A DNA stretch of 62,981 nucleotides, the filler included, from Rozella allomycis CSF55 (lineage: Eukaryota): NCBI GenBank assembly GCA_000442015.1. It is 5 parts of 5 records of this genome, joined end to end, with 100 filler letters (N's around TTAATTAATTAA, not from the genome) between each part and the next. Parts side by side here need not be neighbours in the genome. Positions count along the whole stretch, not along the records: positions 59,264 to 62,981 come from KE560981.1; 4 more parts are not named here. One strand, given 5' to 3'. This document shows, piece after piece, positions 59,264 through 62,981 of the stretch. The notes beneath the pieces are model-generated. The model was not told the origin of the DNA. It saw nothing but the letters and a program-made list of their open reading frames with translations, and made no database searches. The translations under genes were made by a program, and so were the position numbers. Every line of letters begins with the position of its first letter. The stretch's first letter is position 1.

Positions 59264-59492
59264 TTCTGATATAATGATTGTTTCTAAGGCTGAATTAGGG
59301 GACTATGCAAAATCCAAGGTAAATGCCAAAAAGAATTACTACGGCGAACCGAAAGGTGATGGATGCGTTAAGGCTGTTGTTGTGGTTCCAGTAAACGTCG
59401 GCTATGGTGGCAAAGTGAAAGCATTTTCTTATCAAAGACAAAAGAATATAAGGCGAAATAATTTAGCATCTCAAAATAAACTACATGTTTGA
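59264..59492 (+). CDS. 3' end of an orphan membrane/secreted family member
   Basis: AVVVVPV...AFSYQRQK resembles AIVVIPV...AFAYQRHK at 62310-62395. Confidence 0.45.
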
Positions 59493-60219
59493 TTCATTAT
59501 CATATCATTATCCCATGATGATGCAATTATTTGAGAAACAATTACTCACGGCATTTGACAATTCAGTCTTTTCGAGTCTTCGACTGTAAACGTTTGCTTA
59601 AAATGATCTTTAAATCTTATTCAATGCATTCTAATATGTTATACTTAACTAGATTGAAAGTTTCAAATTTCGGATTTAGCATTTTCAGCAGGTATTGACT
59701 ATTGATGTGGTGAACATCACAAGCCTATAGAAAGAAAAGAGAGTTATTCCGCTACCTCTAATAACGGTACAGAAAGTACATTATAATGAGCTAACGCAAG
59801 TGCTTGATGCTTATAAGCAAGATTAACGAGAAACCAAAAAGGCGCTTTAAAGATTTGATATGACCGTTGGGCAGGATGTGTTCTTTGTTTATATTTAATA
59901 TAACATGCAAGCAGAAGAAGGGCATTGAATTGATAACAGCCAAAGAGCCACTAATCCTTGATAATGAGATTTGGGACTGACAAATTAACAATTTAAAGAC
60001 ACTTAATGGACCATGCGGATATTTCAATTATCCAGATTCAAATGGCCAATGAATTCTGTGAAGTACGTCATATGTGGAAAACAATTTGGATATTTACCCT
60101 TTGACCTTTTCAATTTTCGATATATGTGCCTCTGAATGATGAACATAGAAGTCTTTATTAATTATTCAATTCTATATAATAGGTATCTTCTTCCAAGGCG
60201 CTAAAATTTGACTACCTAC

Positions 60220-62422
60220 ATGCGTATTTTGATTGGCGCTCTTTTGTGGTTCAACTTCTATGTTGTATAAAATGCAGCAAATCACCTCAAAAGCGTTCCT
60301 CTAAAGGTGGTAAGTCGGGAATGATTAAACTCGGTGTTCTTGGAACTTTGGTCGCAGGATTATCTTCGGTTCCATTTGTGAGTGCAAAAGATCAGCCTGC
60401 TCAAGAGGAGGTCAAACTTGCCTCAAGCGTTGATATTGATATATTGCCTGACCCAGCAGTTTTCGTGCCGCCTGTGGCTCTCCACAATCCAGATCCTGTT
60501 CCCGACTTCAAGGCAGTTATCAGTGGGCAGAATGTAAAGGATTTAGAAACACAGTTATCATACGATGAGCCTCCGACCCAAGCAAAGCCATTTATTGCTA
60601 TTAATAATGACGTAGGTGCGAGTTCGGAAATAGAGGGTGATCCTTCAACAAATGGGCATCTTAAGTCGAATCTTGTAAAGAAATTGACAAGTATTAAAGA
60701 CGCGACATTAAAAGAAATGATCCGTGTTATGCTGGAGCCAGTTGCATATTCTTTAAATATTGATGAGTTATTTATTAAAGAGTTTAAAGCAATGAAGACT
60801 TCAGACCAAAAGAAAAGGTTGTCAGAGATGTTATCTGAAGCGAATGAAGAAGATGTTGAAAGAGTTTGGCAAATATTGAATGACGATTCTATGAGATTGA
60901 GAGTCAAGGAATATTTGATAAAAGAGTAATAATAGCTCAAATAGGTGAATTTAGTGCAGGCCCAAAATTTAATGGCTCTTTCGTTTTATCACAATCCTTT
61001 TTCCTTTTTATTGCAGCTTTGGTAGCAAATGTAAGGTTTCCTGGTCAAAGTCAAGCCACCACTAACACTTGCAGAAATATTATCTTTGCTATACTACCTG
61101 TGTACTTATTTTCATTAGTAGTGGATATGCCATATCAAATGCTGGGGCAGAAAAAATTGGTGACAAATGTAAGGAACAATCCATACTTTGACGTACAAGA
61201 AGCAATCTCAACAGGGAATGTCGCGGGAAAAGAAGTTAGTTTCCATGAAAAAAATAATGGCATAGCTGTGGTTTTTGCCGACAATTCGCTTGCAAATGCT
61301 GCCGGTGCAACCAGGACATCAGTCAATAAGGTTATTGCCAAGAAGCCTGCTGTTGTCACTATTAACACTAAAAGTCCGTCGTGTTCTTTTGCGAAAGATA
61401 ATACTAATGTAAGTTTAAGTATTATTAACGACTTTCAAATTCATAATCAAAATTATGAAGAACGAAACGCAATCTTAACGCATAATATACTCCGTGAAAA
61501 AACGACGAAGATAGACAATAACGGAATTACTGTGACCGTGGCTGATAGTGCAACTGCAAACGCTCGCGTATCGACAAGCGACACACAAAGTCCCTGTTCT
61601 CTTGCCAAAGATAGTACTAGTGTCCTTTTAAGTAATATTGAAACCTTCAAAGTTTCTGCTTTAAGTCTTGAACAATTTAACAATTCTCTCCCTGATTTTG
61701 CAAAGATCTCTAGCGACTTGAGCAAAATTGATAAAACAGAATTGCGTAAGATAAATGATGCTGTCGCTGATGCACTGAATGTCGAACCTGCCGTGCCTTC
61801 TAATATTGCTTCTACTTGGAGCCATTACAGGAATATAATAGAGAAAAGTACGCCAGTCATCACGCAAAAGTTTATGGGTATTGTATATTACATTATTTCT
61901 ATGATAAAAGAAAGCTTGCAATTTTTAGGTGATAAGAAGTAAAAAGACTAATTTTATTTAACAAGTATTTCCTGGGATTACCTTGTTGCCTCTGTTAGCT
62001 TTCTCGCCGCTCACTATTTGTCGTTGTTTAACTATACTATAAGTGGCGATAAAGTGGAAGAAAGTAATGATTCAAACGTTAAACAACCTGATATACAAAG
62101 CGAATTGGCAGCAAAACCAGTTACTAAAGATCTAAAAGAAGATAAAGCCAAAAGTGAGGTTGCCGAAAGTGCCACTGACAACCACTTTGAAATAACGAAG
62201 CCTGAAAAGATTACTAACGTAGAAAGGTCTGTCTATAAACTTGAACCTGTTAACGGGGACAACTCAAAAGCCAACGTTATGTATGAAGAATCTGAAGATC
62301 AAGGCAATAGAAACGCCATTGTTGTTATTCCTGTCGTACTAGGTATACTTGGCGCTATCGGAATCGGAGCATTTGCGTATCAAAGACACAAAGGTAGAAA
62401 ACACACTTATTTCGGCCCATGA
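60220..62422 (+). CDS. Orphan signal-peptide plus multi-TM surface protein, probably one gene with short introns and two single-base frameshifts (error or pseudogenisation)
   Basis: ORFs 60246-60929, 61019-61942 and 62018-62422; the 27-nt intron GTAAAAAG...AACAAG joins the last two in frame; C-terminal TM plus basic tail. Confidence 0.5.
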
Positions 62423-62532
62423 ATAATGCTTGAAAATAAAATAGATTAAGAAATAACGACTGCAATATTTTTTTATTTACTCCCTAACTCGGTCATTTGC
62501 AGCTGATCTATCAGACGCCACATCTACAACAT

Positions 62533-62981
62533 ATGCAATTTACGGTCTCCACACTTGTTGTGTTACAGTCTTTATTATGTGTAGAATGCAGCAAAATAGA
62601 TCAAAAACTTTTTTCTAAAGATGCCAAGTCGGGAATNTCAAAAACTTTTTTCTAAAGATGCCAAGTCGGGAATGACAAAGCTTGGTATTCTTGGAACTTT
62701 GCTTGCAGGAATTTTTTCAGCTCCACTTGCCGGTGACAGACATCCACACGCAAAAGAGGGTATTATAAGCAAAAAAGAAGCTTTCAGGACGGCTAAACCA
62801 GAGGTTGAAAAATATATAGCTGTTCAAGCCGACAGTGCTTTGGGCCAAATGGAAAAACCAAAATTTGCATTTGATAAAATTACACCTACCCCGCCTATTG
62901 GCATTAAAAGCCCGTGGACTCCTGCTCAAGATGATACAAAAGTGCAGTTAAGCAATATTGAGCGCTTTCTTCCTTTGTCAA
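62533..62981 (+). CDS. 5' part of the next orphan family paralog (N gap at 62637; runs off the window)
   Basis: MQFTVSTLVVLQSLLCVECSK...KSGMTKLGILGTLLAG matches CIKCSK...KSGMIKLGVLGTLVAG. Confidence 0.6.

Overview
This is AT-rich, very gene-dense eukaryotic DNA with tiny introns (about 26-33 nt) and a fungal-type actin. It looks like a compact early-diverging fungal genome (Rozella-like; inferred, not verified). The window is five contigs joined by artificial N-TTAATTAATTAA-N linkers at about 30.0, 33.2, 44.9 and 59.2 kb, with further single-N gaps. Housekeeping genes include PP1 inhibitor-2, sterol acyltransferase, PGM, ASE1/PRC1, heme lyase, LAMMER kinase, a CRIB/PAK fragment, a desaturase, GPATCH1, actin, YKT6, PRI2, DSN1, asparaginase, URK1, TMEM62, MCT1, NOC4, DNMT2, an SLA2-like gene and tRNA-Cys. 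An accessory block at about 7-17 kb sits next to a Helitron/Copia/pogo nest at about 17-30 kb. The best candidate for a new system is a tail-to-tail pair of highly diverged secreted MACPF (perforin-like) paralogs, each built as MACPF + FAMeT-like beta-sandwich + GON-like + CBM-like domain, suggesting a two-component pore-forming toxin. Other notable signals: a Helitron carrying a 2OG-Fe(II) dioxygenase cargo, an 85-nt YKT6 intron made of three back-to-back GT-AG units, an unannotated 81-aa thymosin/WH2-like repeat microprotein, a tRNA-like dispersed repeat, and divergent genes with only 21-42 nt between start codons. Domain calls are by-eye motif recognition; no searches were run.
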